64,000 nucleotides of DNA, taken from Thermoproteota archaeon. GTDB lineage: Archaea > Korarchaeota > Korarchaeia > Korarchaeales > Korarchaeaceae. Position numbers and translations under genes: made by a program. Shown in pieces: positions 37,619 to 47,977 of this stretch. How positions within the stretch are numbered: the stretch's first letter is position 1; each line of letters begins with the position of its first letter. The stretch covers positions 1 through 64,000 of the forward strand of contig JAOZGC010000002.1 in assembly GCA_027491915.1 (NCBI GenBank). The letters are read 5' to 3'. The notes under the pieces were generated by a model. The model was given only the letters and a program-made list of their open reading frames with translations, was not told where the DNA came from and did no database searches.

Positions 37619-37845
37619 GTTCCTTGTCGACCGCCAAGATCCTCAGGAGGTGCGACTTCTGCGGCTCTCCCATAGAACCCGGCACGGGCGTGATGTACGT
37701 GAGATCCGATGGGACTATCCACTATTACTGTTCCTCCAAATGTTTTAAAAATGCTGTCAAGTTAAAGCGGAAACCGGAGAAGGTTAGGTGGACCGAAAGG
37801 TACGCCGAATTAAAGAGGAGGCGATTAGGACGGAATGTCAAATGA
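37615..37845 (+). CDS. rpl24e: 50S ribosomal protein L24e
   Basis: CDFCG..IEPGTG, CSSKC, VRWT. Confidence 0.96.
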   Translation: MSSLSTAKILRRCDFCGSPIEPGTGVMYVRSDGTIHYYCSSKCFKNAVKLKRKPEKVRWTERYAELKRRRLGRNVK

Positions 37846-39634
37846 CGCCCCCGAGCCCCCCAGGTACAGGCAGCCGCTGGTGGCCGTGCTGGGTCACGTG
37901 GACAGCGGGAAGACCACCCTGCTGGATTACATAAGGAAGACCAGGGTCGCCGCCAAGGAACCAGGCTCCATAACCCAACACGTCGGCGCCTCCGAGATAC
38001 CGGCTGGCGTCATACGGGAGATATGCCAACCCGTATTCGACGCCCTTGGGACTTCCTTCACCATAAAGACCGGGGGGCTCCTCTTCATAGACCTGCCCGG
38101 CCACGAGGTGTTCACCAACCTCCGGAAGAGGGGGGGCTCCGTCGCCGACATAGCCATATTGGTGATAGACGCATTCAAGGGAGTCGAACCTCAGACCGTG
38201 GAATCCATCAACATCCTCAGGGAGAGGAGGACCCCCTTCGTTATAGCCATGAACAAGATAGACCTCATAAGGGATTGGAAGTCGCACCCGGGGAGGCCCT
38301 TCATAATCTCGGTCAACGAGCAGCCCCCCCGGGCCGTGAGTGAGCTTGAAAATCGCATGTATTCCATCCTGGGTCAGCTGGCTAAGTTGGGAATAGGCGC
38401 CGAGAGGTACGACAGGGTGACCGACTTCACCAAGACCTTCTCCCTGGTTCCCACCAGCGCGGCCACCGGCGAAGGGGTACCGGATCTGCTGGCGGTTCTC
38501 CTCGGCTTGGTTCAGAGGTACATGCTGGACAGGTTGGAGATCACGAGAGAGGAGGGCCTCGGCGTCGTGCTCGAGGTCAAGGAGGAGCCCGGCCTGGGAA
38601 AGGTGATCACCGCGATAATATACGACGGGGAGATAAGGGTGGGGGACGTCGTGGTCTTGGGAGGGTCGAGGGGGCCGATAACCACCAGGGTCAGGGCTCT
38701 CCTGAGACCCAGGCCTATGGACGAGATAAGGGCCCCGAGATTCAAGTTCTCCAGGGTAGGGTCTGCCAGGGCCGCCTCCGGGGTTATGATATCCGCCCCA
38801 GGGCTGGAGGATGCCATGCCAGGGTCCACCCTCTTCGTGGTCAGAGACGAAGCCGAACTGGAAGATGTCAAAAGGACCCTTCGGGAGGAGATGGCCCAGA
38901 TATTGATCAGAACCGATTTGGAGGGTGTGATAGTTAAGGCGGACACCCTGGGATCTGTCGAGGCCCTTGTGGCCCAGCTCAGGAGATTCGGCATTCCGGT
39001 CAGGAGGGCGGACGTCGGCAGCGTGAGCAAGGCGGACGTCTTCGAGGCCCAGGCCATGAGGTCCAGCAACCCGAAGTACGCCGCCGTATTGGCATTCAAC
39101 GTCAGGGTTCCGGATGAGGTCGCCCGAGAGGCGGCATCGAGGGGGGTCAAGATAATTCACGATGTAATAATCTATCAGTTGGTGGATAGGTTCATTGAGT
39201 TCCTTGAATCTGAGAAGGCGAAAGAGGTAGAAGAGCTATTGAACAGGTTCCCTCTCCCGGCCAAGATAAGGGTCATACCCGGCTACGTCTTCCGCAGGAG
39301 CGATCCTGCCATAGTGGGAGTCGAGGTCTTGGAGGGCAGACTGAGGCCGGGAGTGCCCCTAATCAACGAGAGAGGGAGAAGGGTTGGGACCCTGATTGAG
39401 ATTCAGGATAAGGGAGAGAGGATACGGGAGGCCTCAAGAGGGGACAAGGTGGCCATATCCGTCAGGGGGGGCGTGGTCGGCCGGGGAATAAAGGAGGGTG
39501 CCAACCTACTGGTGGAAGTTGTGGAGATATATGACGCCAAGGTTAGAGAGCTGTACTTCTCCCTCCTGTCCCCCGGAGAAGTTGATCTCTACCGGGAGAC
39601 CGTGAGACTCCTGAGGAGGGCCGGGGAGAGATGA
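37835..39634 (+). CDS. infB: Translation initiation factor aIF5B (IF2)
   Basis: GHVDSGKT, ITQHVGA, DLPGHE, KADTLGSVEA. Confidence 0.96.
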   Translation: MSNDAPEPPRYRQPLVAVLGHVDSGKTTLLDYIRKTRVAAKEPGSITQHVGASEIPAGVIREICQPVFDALGTSFTIKTGGLLFIDLPGHEVFTNLRKRGGSVADIAILVIDAFKGVEPQTVESINILRERRTPFVIAMNKIDLIRDWKSHPGRPFIISVNEQPPRAVSELENRMYSILGQLAKLGIGAERYDRVTDFTKTFSLVPTSAATGEGVPDLLAVLLGLVQRYMLDRLEITREEGLGVVLEVKEEPGLGKVITAIIYDGEIRVGDVVVLGGSRGPITTRVRALLRPRPMDEIRAPRFKFSRVGSARAASGVMISAPGLEDAMPGSTLFVVRDEAELEDVKRTLREEMAQILIRTDLEGVIVKADTLGSVEALVAQLRRFGIPVRRADVGSVSKADVFEAQAMRSSNPKYAAVLAFNVRVPDEVAREAASRGVKIIHDVIIYQLVDRFIEFLESEKAKEVEELLNRFPLPAKIRVIPGYVFRRSDPAIVGVEVLEGRLRPGVPLINERGRRVGTLIEIQDKGERIREASRGDKVAISVRGGVVGRGIKEGANLLVEVVEIYDAKVRELYFSLLSPGEVDLYRETVRLLRRAGER

Positions 39635-39680
39635 CGGCATTTTTTTATCCCCATCCGGAGGTCTGGCCCGGTAGATTGGC

Positions 39681-40085
39681 ATGCCCGAGTTCATCCTCGA
39701 CATCGGCGATCCCGAGAGCGGGAAGACCTTCCACCTCAAGGTGGACGGTGACAGGGCCGTCTCCCTAATCGGCAAGAGGATAGGCCAGGAGGTATCCGGG
39801 GACGAGATAGGTCTCCCAGGCTACGTCTTCAAGATAACCGGCGGCTCTGACAAAAACGGTTTCCCCCTGCTGCCGACCCTGGCAGGATCCATCAAGAAGA
39901 GGATCCTCCTGTCGGCGCCCCCCGGATTCAGGCCAAGGAGGAGGGGGGAGAGGAGGGCGAAGACCGTCAGGGGGGGGATGATATCCGAGGAAACTAGGCA
40001 GATAAACATGAAAGTGATAAAGCGGGGAGAGATGAGCTTGGAGGAGATGCTCTCCGCCCCGTCTGTCGAAGAACAAGGTGGGTGA
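39681..40085 (+). CDS. rps6e: 30S ribosomal protein S6e
   Basis: KITGGSDKNGFP, KTVRG. Confidence 0.96.
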   Translation: MPEFILDIGDPESGKTFHLKVDGDRAVSLIGKRIGQEVSGDEIGLPGYVFKITGGSDKNGFPLLPTLAGSIKKRILLSAPPGFRPRRRGERRAKTVRGGMISEETRQINMKVIKRGEMSLEEMLSAPSVEEQGG

Positions 40086-41347
40086 TGGATCGATTGCCGG
40101 AAGAAGAACCCCTTCAACCGGAGATGAACGTCGGGACGGCTGGACACGTCGATCACGGGAAGTCCACCCTTGTACAAGCCTTAACAGGAGTGTGGCCTGA
40201 GAAGCACAGCGAAGAGCTCAAGAGGGGCATAACGATAAAGCTGGGATACGCCAACGCGGACCTGAGAAGGTGCGCCTCCTGCGAAGGCGACGACCCGAGG
40301 TGCTACACTACGGCCAGGGTGTGCCCGATCGACTTCGGGCCGACGATCCTCCTCAGGAAGATCTCCTTCGTCGATTGCCCCGGCCACGACACGCTGATGG
40401 CGACCATGCTCGCCGGCTCAACCCTCATGGACGCCGCGGTTTTGGTGATCGCCGCCAACGAGGATGTTCCCCAGCCGCAGACGAGGGAGCACCTGGCGGC
40501 CCTGAAGATAATGGGGGTCGAGCAGATGGTCGTCGTCCAGTCTAAGATAGAGCTGGTGGACGATGAGGCCGCCGTCAGAAATTACAGGCAGATAGTGGAA
40601 TTCTTGGACGAGGAGCTTGGCAGGGTCCCACCCATAATTCCGGTCTCCGCCCTCCACGGGGTCAACATGGGATATCTGATAAGGGAGATGGCCAGGACTT
40701 TCTCCCCGCCGGAGAGGGATCCCACCAAACCGCCTAAGATGTACGTCGCCCGCTCCTTCGACATAAACAAACCGGGAACCAGACCGAGAGATCTCAAGGG
40801 AGGGGTCCTCGGGGGGACCATAGTCCAGGGCAGGTTCGCCGTCGGAGACGAGATCGAGATAAGGCCGGGGGTCTACGTGGGAGGGGAGTTCCGCCCGCTG
40901 ACGACGGAGATAGTCAGCCTCAGGAGCGAAAACGTCGATCTCGAATACGCCCAGCCCGGCGGCCTTATAGGGGTGGGAACGAAGCTCGACCCGGCGCTCA
41001 CCAAGGCGGACAACATGGTGGGCAACGTGGTCGGGCTTCCTGGCGAGCTGCCTCCGGTCTGGGAAGAGCTGGACGTTGAGATCCACCTGCTGGGGAAGGT
41101 AGTTGGCCTCAGGGAGGAAATAGAGACGAGAATGCCGAGGAAGGGGGAGTTCATAACCCTGAACGTCGGAACCGCCACGATCCCGGCGCTGGTGAGATCC
41201 GTGGCCGACGGAGAGATGGGGGTAGCCGTTAGGATACCCGTGTGCGCGGAACTGGGGCAGAGGCTCGCCGTGTCCATGAGAGTCGAGGGCAGGTGGAGGC
41301 TGGTGGGGTACGGCTTCATTCGTGGTGGGAGGGAGCGTAAACAATAA
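40085..41347 (+). CDS. eif2g: Translation initiation factor aIF2 gamma
   Basis: GHVDHGKS, HSEELKRGITIKLGY, DCPGH, RSFDINKPG. Confidence 0.97.
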   Translation: MDRLPEEEPLQPEMNVGTAGHVDHGKSTLVQALTGVWPEKHSEELKRGITIKLGYANADLRRCASCEGDDPRCYTTARVCPIDFGPTILLRKISFVDCPGHDTLMATMLAGSTLMDAAVLVIAANEDVPQPQTREHLAALKIMGVEQMVVVQSKIELVDDEAAVRNYRQIVEFLDEELGRVPPIIPVSALHGVNMGYLIREMARTFSPPERDPTKPPKMYVARSFDINKPGTRPRDLKGGVLGGTIVQGRFAVGDEIEIRPGVYVGGEFRPLTTEIVSLRSENVDLEYAQPGGLIGVGTKLDPALTKADNMVGNVVGLPGELPPVWEELDVEIHLLGKVVGLREEIETRMPRKGEFITLNVGTATIPALVRSVADGEMGVAVRIPVCAELGQRLAVSMRVEGRWRLVGYGFIRGGRERKQ

Positions 41348-41372
41348 ATTCCATGGAAAATACACCGTACAC

Positions 41373-41449
41373 GCGGCCGTGGTCTAGCCTGGACAGGATG
41401 GGGGCCCTCCAAGCCCCAGACCCGGGTTCAAGTCCCGGCGGCCGCACCA
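41373..41449 (+). tRNA. tRNA-Gly(TCC) with atypical C33
   Basis: GCGGCCG acceptor; GGGGC-CCTCCAA-GCCCC; GTTCAAGTC; ACCA. Confidence 0.9.
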
Positions 41450-41507
41450 GCCGCAGACGGACGGGGACTGTCTCCCCGTCGCGAACCGGTCCGTGCGGTG
41501 ATCGAAC

Positions 41508-41828
41508 GTGGGAGCCGACGATGTCCGATCTCTCCTGAGGGATGCCGCCAGGGCTTACGCCTCTGAGCGGGGGGTAGTTGATGAGGAGGCCCTGAACCTC
41601 TTTTCCGACCTGATCTTGGCCTTTGCGGATGCCCTGACCGAGGGAGAGAGGATTCCCGGGGCCCCAGAGTGGATGAACATAGCATTTAGAGCCAAGAAGA
41701 TCCCATCTTGCAGAACACCGTGCCACTTTTCCAGCAAATTAGAATCCGTTTTGAGCATGAAAGGTTTCAACAATCCGATGTATCTCCTAGCGCTCAGCAG
41801 GATGGGGTCACGACCCCCCGGCGGGTAA
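41508..41828 (+). CDS. Hypothetical protein
   Basis: Open frame between two tRNAs. Confidence 0.5.
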   Translation: MGADDVRSLLRDAARAYASERGVVDEEALNLFSDLILAFADALTEGERIPGAPEWMNIAFRAKKIPSCRTPCHFSSKLESVLSMKGFNNPMYLLALSRMGSRPPGG

Positions 41829-41859
41829 CGTTTTTCAACCTCACGTCGCGGCAGCGCGC

Positions 41860-41934
41860 GCCCCGGTAGCTCAGCCCGGTCGGAGCGCCCGCTTGGTAAG
41901 CGGGAGGTCGCGGGTTCAAAGCCCGCCCGGGGCT
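41860..41934 (+). tRNA. tRNA-Thr(GGT)
   Basis: GCCCCGG acceptor; CCCGC-TTGGTAA-GCGGG; CCA not encoded. Confidence 0.95.
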
Positions 41935-41997
41935 CTCCGGTCTAAATCCCTTGGTCGAGTTCTGCTTAAATATCGCCCGGATAGATCAGGCGAGAAG

Positions 41998-42618
41998 GTG
42001 ATCGCGCTGCTCGCTACGGCCCTGGGCTTGAAGTTCAGGGATGGGGTGGTCCTGGCGGCCGACAGGCGGGTCTCCTACGGGGGGTTCGTCTATAGCCGTT
42101 CTATGAAAAAAGTCTTTCCTGTTAACGATAGAGTTGGGGTTGCATTCGCCGGCTTACCGGCAGATTTTCAAGAGTTATATGATAGCCTCATATATAATGT
42201 TCGCATATTTGAATTAGATGAGATGAAGCAGGCCAGCCCGGTCAATGTCGCCAAGCTCCTGTCCCTGCTGCTCTACGGCAGAAGGCTCTCGGTTCTCATG
42301 TACGCCGAAGTGGTGGTCGGCGGAATGGGACCCTCCGGTCCACAGATAGTCACGATAGACGCCGCCGGCGGCACCATAGAGGAAGATTTCGCGTCGGAGG
42401 GCTCCGGCGCCCAGCTCTCCACGGGGATACTGGAGAGGGAGTACAAACCCGGGATGACGGAGAGGGAAGCCGTCAAGCTGGCGGTGAGGGCCATGAAGGC
42501 AGCCATAGAGAGGGACTCCCTGTCTGGAGATGGGATAGATCTCCTCATAATCAAGGGGGAGGGGATTTCCCATAGGTTCCTGCCGGTCAGGATGAGCTGG
42601 GAACGGGTTGAGATCTGA
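41998..42618 (+). CDS. psmB: Proteasome beta subunit (probably the non-catalytic type)
   Basis: ATALGL..DGVVLAADRR, GSG, RDSLSGDG. Confidence 0.92.
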   Translation: MIALLATALGLKFRDGVVLAADRRVSYGGFVYSRSMKKVFPVNDRVGVAFAGLPADFQELYDSLIYNVRIFELDEMKQASPVNVAKLLSLLLYGRRLSVLMYAEVVVGGMGPSGPQIVTIDAAGGTIEEDFASEGSGAQLSTGILEREYKPGMTEREAVKLAVRAMKAAIERDSLSGDGIDLLIIKGEGISHRFLPVRMSWERVEI

Positions 42619-42666
42619 GTCATTTTAGTAGAAGTCCGGAGTAAACCTATGAGGTGTTGGTGAGAG

Positions 42667-43827
42667 ATGACGGGGGTTGCCGACAGGGTGGATCCCCTGA
42701 GGATCAGGGAGAACCTTCTCAATATGGTCAGAATCAAGAGCGTTTACTCCCACGAGGAGAAGATGGTCGACTACCTCCTGGATTTTCTCCCCAGGTTCGC
42801 CAACAGAGTGGAGCACCAACCCGTCAGGGGTTGCGCCGGCAACGTCATCGCCCAGTTTGGTCCCACAGACGGTCCTAGATTGCTCCTCATGTCGCACATG
42901 GACACCGTGGAAGTTATGTCCGGCTGGACCAAGAGTCCCTGGGGAGAGGTTCAGGGCGACCTGATCTTCGGCCTTGGATCTTGGGACGCCAAGGGGTGCT
43001 TGGCTGCCATGATAGAGGCGGCCGTGGTCGCGTCGAGCGCCGGCGACGAGGGGATCGGAATAACCCTCGCGGCAGTTTGCGACGAGGAAGGCTTCAGCAG
43101 GGGGACCTACGAGCTGATAAAGGGCGGAAAGTTGTCGGGCGTCGCGGGCGCCGTCGTGGGCGAGCCGACCGGGGAGAAGATCGGCGTTGGGGCGTACGGT
43201 AGGTTCGTCTTAGACGTGAAGGTAATCGGTAGAGCTGGCCCTGACGTGGAGGAGGGAGTAAATGCCATAATAGAGGCCGCAAAATTGGTTCTGTGGGCTT
43301 CAGAGTTTCCTAAACTGCCCAAATCTTGTGGAGGTACCGTGGCCCCTCTGAGCATAAAATCTAGGGAGCTGATGATAACCCACCCGGACCTCTGCGTCCT
43401 GAGGGTGGACAGGCACTATCCGCCGGGAGAGGATGAGCAGTCGGCCAAGAGGAAGTTCATCTCCCACCTCAAGAGGGCGCCCAACCTCAGGGCCCATTTG
43501 GAGGTGGACGTGATGGACAGGCCCACCCCCTTTCTCACCCCCTACCGGTTGAGCGAGGACGAGCCGATCGTCCGCGCCGCCGGGGAGACGGGTCGAGAGA
43601 TTTTTGGGAGAGAGCCGGAGACCGTCGTGCTGAGATACGTCACGGACGCGAACTATCTCTCCACCTTGGCCGGGATACCAACGATCACCCTTGGTCCGAA
43701 GGGCGGAAACATGCACTCGCCTGATGAGCACGTTTCATTTTCTTCTGTGGTCGCTCTGGCAAAAATAATAAGTTCTATACCGGAAAAAATTAGTAAATAT
43801 TTACCGAATGTGGGCAAACTGCGGTAA
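42667..43827 (+). CDS. M20 family metallo-hydrolase (ArgE/LysK/DapE-like)
   Basis: SHMDTV, GSWDAKG, DEE, GEPT, HSPDE. Confidence 0.9.
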   Translation: MTGVADRVDPLRIRENLLNMVRIKSVYSHEEKMVDYLLDFLPRFANRVEHQPVRGCAGNVIAQFGPTDGPRLLLMSHMDTVEVMSGWTKSPWGEVQGDLIFGLGSWDAKGCLAAMIEAAVVASSAGDEGIGITLAAVCDEEGFSRGTYELIKGGKLSGVAGAVVGEPTGEKIGVGAYGRFVLDVKVIGRAGPDVEEGVNAIIEAAKLVLWASEFPKLPKSCGGTVAPLSIKSRELMITHPDLCVLRVDRHYPPGEDEQSAKRKFISHLKRAPNLRAHLEVDVMDRPTPFLTPYRLSEDEPIVRAAGETGREIFGREPETVVLRYVTDANYLSTLAGIPTITLGPKGGNMHSPDEHVSFSSVVALAKIISSIPEKISKYLPNVGKLR

Positions 43828-44973
43828 TTGGTGGGCTGGGGGGCGCGGTTGGACCTGCCGACTATACTCGGGGTCTACTCCCTCGGCTGGCTCGCGGTGT
43901 TCGGCCTCTCCAGGGTGGTGGACCTCTCCCGCTGGGGGCTCGCGGTGGGTCCCCTCTACGTGGAGTGGAGCTCCAGGCTGCCGGAGTGGAATCTCTCCGG
44001 CAGGTTCATAAAATATATACTTGATTTCGGGATTTTTCTTTCCATTATTTTCTCCTTTTTGGGTATATATATGATATTCTCTGGCCTCCTCAGCGCAGCC
44101 TTCCTCTGGGGCAGGGCGGCCCCGACGATCGCCCCGCCCGTGCCGGGACTGACGGTGAGGCTCGATCCGCCCACCATCCTGGCTCTGGCCGCGACTCTGA
44201 TGGCCCACGAGTTGGGCCATGCAATCGCGGCCTCCGCCGAGGGAATTGGAACCAAGAGAATCGCTTTCTTCTTTCTCTTCATATTACCCGGGGCCTACGT
44301 AGAATTGGATGAGGGAGACGTTGCCGAGAGCCGCCCGAGATCTCGCGCCAGGGTTTTCTCGGCAGGGGTACTCTCCAACGCAATCGTCGCCGGGTCCATC
44401 CTAATGCTGGGAGTGCTCCTCATGTCCGGCTTCCCGAACAACCCCTCGGGGATCTACGTGGAGGCCACCGTGGAGGGCGGACCCTCTTGGGGCCGGCTGA
44501 TTCCTGGAGACGTGATAACGGCCGTCGACGGCGTGAGGGTCACCACCACCCCAGAGCTGATCTCCGTCCTCTCGGAGAGGTGCCCCGGATCGACCGCCGT
44601 GATTACGACTCTACGCGGAGATTTTGAGGTGATACTCGGCTCTAGGCCTGGCGGCGGAAACAGATCATGGTTGGGAGTGCTATTGAGCCCCTTTGGCTAT
44701 TATAAACCGAGAATCCCCATGCCCGCGGGTCTGGTGGTGGCCCTCTCCGAGTTCTCCCTGCTCTCCATCATCTTCAATTTGAGCGCCGCTGCCCTAAATG
44801 CCCTGCCGGCCCTACCCCTCGATATGGGAAAGATATTCGAGGACGCCCTGAGGAGGCTCCTCTCCAATCCCAAGACCGCCGCTCGGATAGCCACGATCTC
44901 CTCCATTATCATTTGGTCGGCCGTGGCGTTCGACCTGACCTATTCCCTGCTGTGGGTGGCGAGGATCATTTGA
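43828..44973 (+). CDS. Site-2 (M50) intramembrane metalloprotease with PDZ domain
   Basis: HELGH, AGVLSN, NALPALPLDMG. Confidence 0.92.
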   Translation: MVGWGARLDLPTILGVYSLGWLAVFGLSRVVDLSRWGLAVGPLYVEWSSRLPEWNLSGRFIKYILDFGIFLSIIFSFLGIYMIFSGLLSAAFLWGRAAPTIAPPVPGLTVRLDPPTILALAATLMAHELGHAIAASAEGIGTKRIAFFFLFILPGAYVELDEGDVAESRPRSRARVFSAGVLSNAIVAGSILMLGVLLMSGFPNNPSGIYVEATVEGGPSWGRLIPGDVITAVDGVRVTTTPELISVLSERCPGSTAVITTLRGDFEVILGSRPGGGNRSWLGVLLSPFGYYKPRIPMPAGLVVALSEFSLLSIIFNLSAAALNALPALPLDMGKIFEDALRRLLSNPKTAARIATISSIIIWSAVAFDLTYSLLWVARII

Positions 44974-45995
44974 AGGGAGAGGGCCTAAACCCCTTCTCTC
45001 GGGTAAATCCTCCACCCAAGCCGGACGATCTCCTGTCTAGGGCGTTCAGGAGGGCCTTCTCGCGGGGGAGGGGATTGGGGGGGTCCCTCGTGGCGAGGGC
45101 GAGGGCGAGGGAGATACAGAGAATAAGATCTATGGTACAATCCGTATCGGATAGGCTGATCCTCACCGTGAGATCCTTCCCAAACCTGGATAACGTGACC
45201 CCATTCTACTTGGAATTGGCTGGCTCGTTGGTCAACATAGACGAGCTGCGACACTCTCTCGGTGCCCTGTACTGGGCCGCCAAGACCATAAGAGTTGTGG
45301 GCAGGAGACACGTGGTCCTGGTCAGGCGGGCTAAAAATCCCAGGGAGATGGAATTAGCCAGGAGGGGGGCCATGGGGAGAATATCCTCCATAGTTAGGGA
45401 CGTGAAGGGAGAGATCATCTTCGTCAGGGAGGCGGCCTTCGCTCTGCGGAAGCTTCCATCCATAGACGTGGATCGACCTTCCTTGATCGTGGCCGGTCCT
45501 CCAAATGCCGGGAAGAGCACGCTGGTTCGTAGGATCTCGTCTGGCAGCCCGGAGGTTGCTCCCTATCCCTTCACCACCAAAGGCCTCCTTCTGGGTCACC
45601 TGAACCTGCCCCGGGTGGGTACCGTCCAAGTCATAGACACGCCTGGACTGCTGGATAGGCCCCTCTCCGAGAGGAATAAACTGGAGCTCCAGGCCATATT
45701 GGCCATAAGACATCTGAGAGGCGTCGTTCTGATGTTGCTGGATCCGACGGAAACCTGCGGCATGGAGGTTCGGAGTCAGCTCTCCCTTGCCGAGGAGATA
45801 TTAAAAACTTTTCCGGAAAAGAAATTTCTATTTGGACTCAATAAATCGGATTTGGGTATTTTATTTAATCAGAGGTCACCCATAATAAAAGAAGCTATAT
45901 CAAAGCTGGGATTCACCCCCATCGAGATCTCGGCAGAGACGGGGGAAGGAATCCCTGGGCTCCTGGCGGCCGTCAGAGAGGCCCTTCTTGGGTGA
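44970..45995 (+). CDS. NOG1 family GTPase
   Basis: GPPNAGKS, YPFTTK, DTPGLLDRP. Confidence 0.93.
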   Translation: MKGEGLNPFSRVNPPPKPDDLLSRAFRRAFSRGRGLGGSLVARARAREIQRIRSMVQSVSDRLILTVRSFPNLDNVTPFYLELAGSLVNIDELRHSLGALYWAAKTIRVVGRRHVVLVRRAKNPREMELARRGAMGRISSIVRDVKGEIIFVREAAFALRKLPSIDVDRPSLIVAGPPNAGKSTLVRRISSGSPEVAPYPFTTKGLLLGHLNLPRVGTVQVIDTPGLLDRPLSERNKLELQAILAIRHLRGVVLMLLDPTETCGMEVRSQLSLAEEILKTFPEKKFLFGLNKSDLGILFNQRSPIIKEAISKLGFTPIEISAETGEGIPGLLAAVREALLG

Positions 45996-46001
45996 GATCT
46001 A

Positions 46002-47048
46002 ATGTATGAGATCCTGATTCTCCTGTCCGGAGAGCATCCAACGCTCCCTCGATCGGAGGTCCTGGGGGTGCTGGAGGCGGAGAGAATCGAGTACGGCCGG
46101 GTCGCGGGAGAAGGTCGGCTTATGTCGGTGGAGGTCTCCAATCCAAAACGCGCCGCAAGCAGGGTGGCTGCCAGATCGGCATTCGCCAAGAGGATAGCCC
46201 TGTCCCTGGCCAGCCTCCCGCGGCCGTCGACTCTGGGAGAACTCCTATCCCACCTTAGGGGAATTGACCTCCCACAACTCCGCGGATCCTTCAGGGTCAG
46301 GGTCTACAAGATATCCGGATCACCTCCGGCAAATTCTATCGAGATTGAGAGGGAATTAGGTCGAATAATATTAGATAATGTGGAAAATTTGAAAGTTAAC
46401 TTAACAGAGCCGGACTACGAATTCATGGTCATCTTCACCGGCGGGGGGGTGAAGCTCGCCCTCCTGCTGGACTCGGTCGACAGGTCCGACCTGGTGGCGA
46501 GATCCGTTTCCATGAGGCCCTTCAGGCACCCCTCCTCTATGAATCCCTTCCTGGCCAGGGCCATGCTCAACCTGGCCAGGGTTAGGCCGGGAGATCTGGT
46601 ACTCGATCCCTTCGTGGGGGCCGGTGGGATAGCCCTGGAGGCCCTATTCTTGGGGGCCCGGCTGATCGGTTTCGACGTCGATCCAAAGATGATTAGGGGG
46701 GCCGAGATCAACCTCACTTCGTACAGCTTCTTCTCAGGCTACAAGCTGGCCGTGGCCGACGTTAGAGATCTGAATCTCGACGTCGTTCCCGACGAGGTGG
46801 TCACGGACCCCCCCTACGGGAGGTCGACCAAGATAGTTGGGTCTTCCCCGAGGGAGCTAATTTCAGCCATGTTGGAGAGGGCCAGAGAGTCCTTGAGGCC
46901 CGGAGGACATATAGTCTTCTCCGCTCCCGTCGAGATGAGGCCTTCGGAGATGGCGGCGAGCCGCGGCCTGATGGTCAGGGAGAAGCACCTCATCAGAATA
47001 CACCGGGGCCTCACCAGGGAGATTGTAGTGGGGGTGAATCCACCGTGA
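46002..47048 (+). CDS. trm11: tRNA (guanine10-N2)-methyltransferase, THUMP+MTase
   Basis: LSGEHP, RPFRHPSS, DPFVGAGG, TDPPYG. Confidence 0.9.
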   Translation: MYEILILLSGEHPTLPRSEVLGVLEAERIEYGRVAGEGRLMSVEVSNPKRAASRVAARSAFAKRIALSLASLPRPSTLGELLSHLRGIDLPQLRGSFRVRVYKISGSPPANSIEIERELGRIILDNVENLKVNLTEPDYEFMVIFTGGGVKLALLLDSVDRSDLVARSVSMRPFRHPSSMNPFLARAMLNLARVRPGDLVLDPFVGAGGIALEALFLGARLIGFDVDPKMIRGAEINLTSYSFFSGYKLAVADVRDLNLDVVPDEVVTDPPYGRSTKIVGSSPRELISAMLERARESLRPGGHIVFSAPVEMRPSEMAASRGLMVREKHLIRIHRGLTREIVVGVNPP

Positions 47049-47977
47049 GGGTGACCTTTCTGGGAACCAGCAGCGCGGTCCCCACGCCGGAGAGACGCGT
47101 CACGTCCATAGCCGTCTCCTTCGGCAGGGAATACATCCTCTTAGACGTCGGTGAGTGCGCCCAGATAGGCCTGATGAAATCGGGGCTTGGGTTCGGGAGG
47201 CTAAAGAGGATCTTCATATCTCACCTGCACGGGGATCACTTCTTCGGCCTGTTCCCCCTGATTCAGACCCTCGGCATACTCGGTAGGAGGGATCCCCTTG
47301 AGATATACGCTCCCCCCGATCTGGAGGCCATTCTGGATCTGATGATGGAAAAGGAAATACTTATACCAGGATTCAAGATAATCTTCCATCCTATTATACC
47401 CAATTCTAGATTAAAATTCGGCGAATACTCAATAACGGCCTTCCCGGTGATCCACGGAGACGCCCCGACCTACGGATTCAAGGTGGTGGAGAGGGCTAAG
47501 AGAGGCAGGTTCGACGCCGCCAAGGCCGAAGAGTTGGGGGTCCCCCCCGAGCTGAGGGGGGTGCTGATTAAGGGCTTCCCGATAAGGCTGAGCGACGGTA
47601 GGATCGTCAGGCCGCAGGATCTGATAGGCCCGCCGAGGCCGGGGAGGTGCTTGGTTTACTCATCTGACTCTAGACCCTGCCGGAGGGTGGTGGAGGAGGC
47701 TAGGGGGTGCGACCTTCTCATACACGACTCCACCTTCAGATCGGACATGGCCGACAGGGCCGAGTCCACCGGTCACAGCACCGTGAAGGAGGCCTGCGAG
47801 ATAGCGTCGGCCGCCGGGGTCGGCCTGCTCGTGCTCACGCACTTCAGCGCCAGGTACCGAGAGTCCGACTTGAGAGAGATAGAAGAAGAGGCGAGGAAAC
47901 TCTTCTCCGACGTGATCGTGGCTAGGGATCTCCTGTCGATAGATCTTGAAGATCTTCCCGCCCGCAAAAAATTCTAA
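47045..47977 (+). CDS. rnz: Ribonuclease Z
   Basis: FLGTSSAVP, SHLHGDH, HDSTF, HFSARY. Confidence 0.95.
   Translation: MRVTFLGTSSAVPTPERRVTSIAVSFGREYILLDVGECAQIGLMKSGLGFGRLKRIFISHLHGDHFFGLFPLIQTLGILGRRDPLEIYAPPDLEAILDLMMEKEILIPGFKIIFHPIIPNSRLKFGEYSITAFPVIHGDAPTYGFKVVERAKRGRFDAAKAEELGVPPELRGVLIKGFPIRLSDGRIVRPQDLIGPPRPGRCLVYSSDSRPCRRVVEEARGCDLLIHDSTFRSDMADRAESTGHSTVKEACEIASAAGVGLLVLTHFSARYRESDLREIEEEARKLFSDVIVARDLLSIDLEDLPARKKF

Noticed and set aside
41998-42618. psmB lacking the catalytic N-terminal Thr motif as a novelty
   Set aside because: Non-catalytic beta paralogs are common in archaea with two beta subunits
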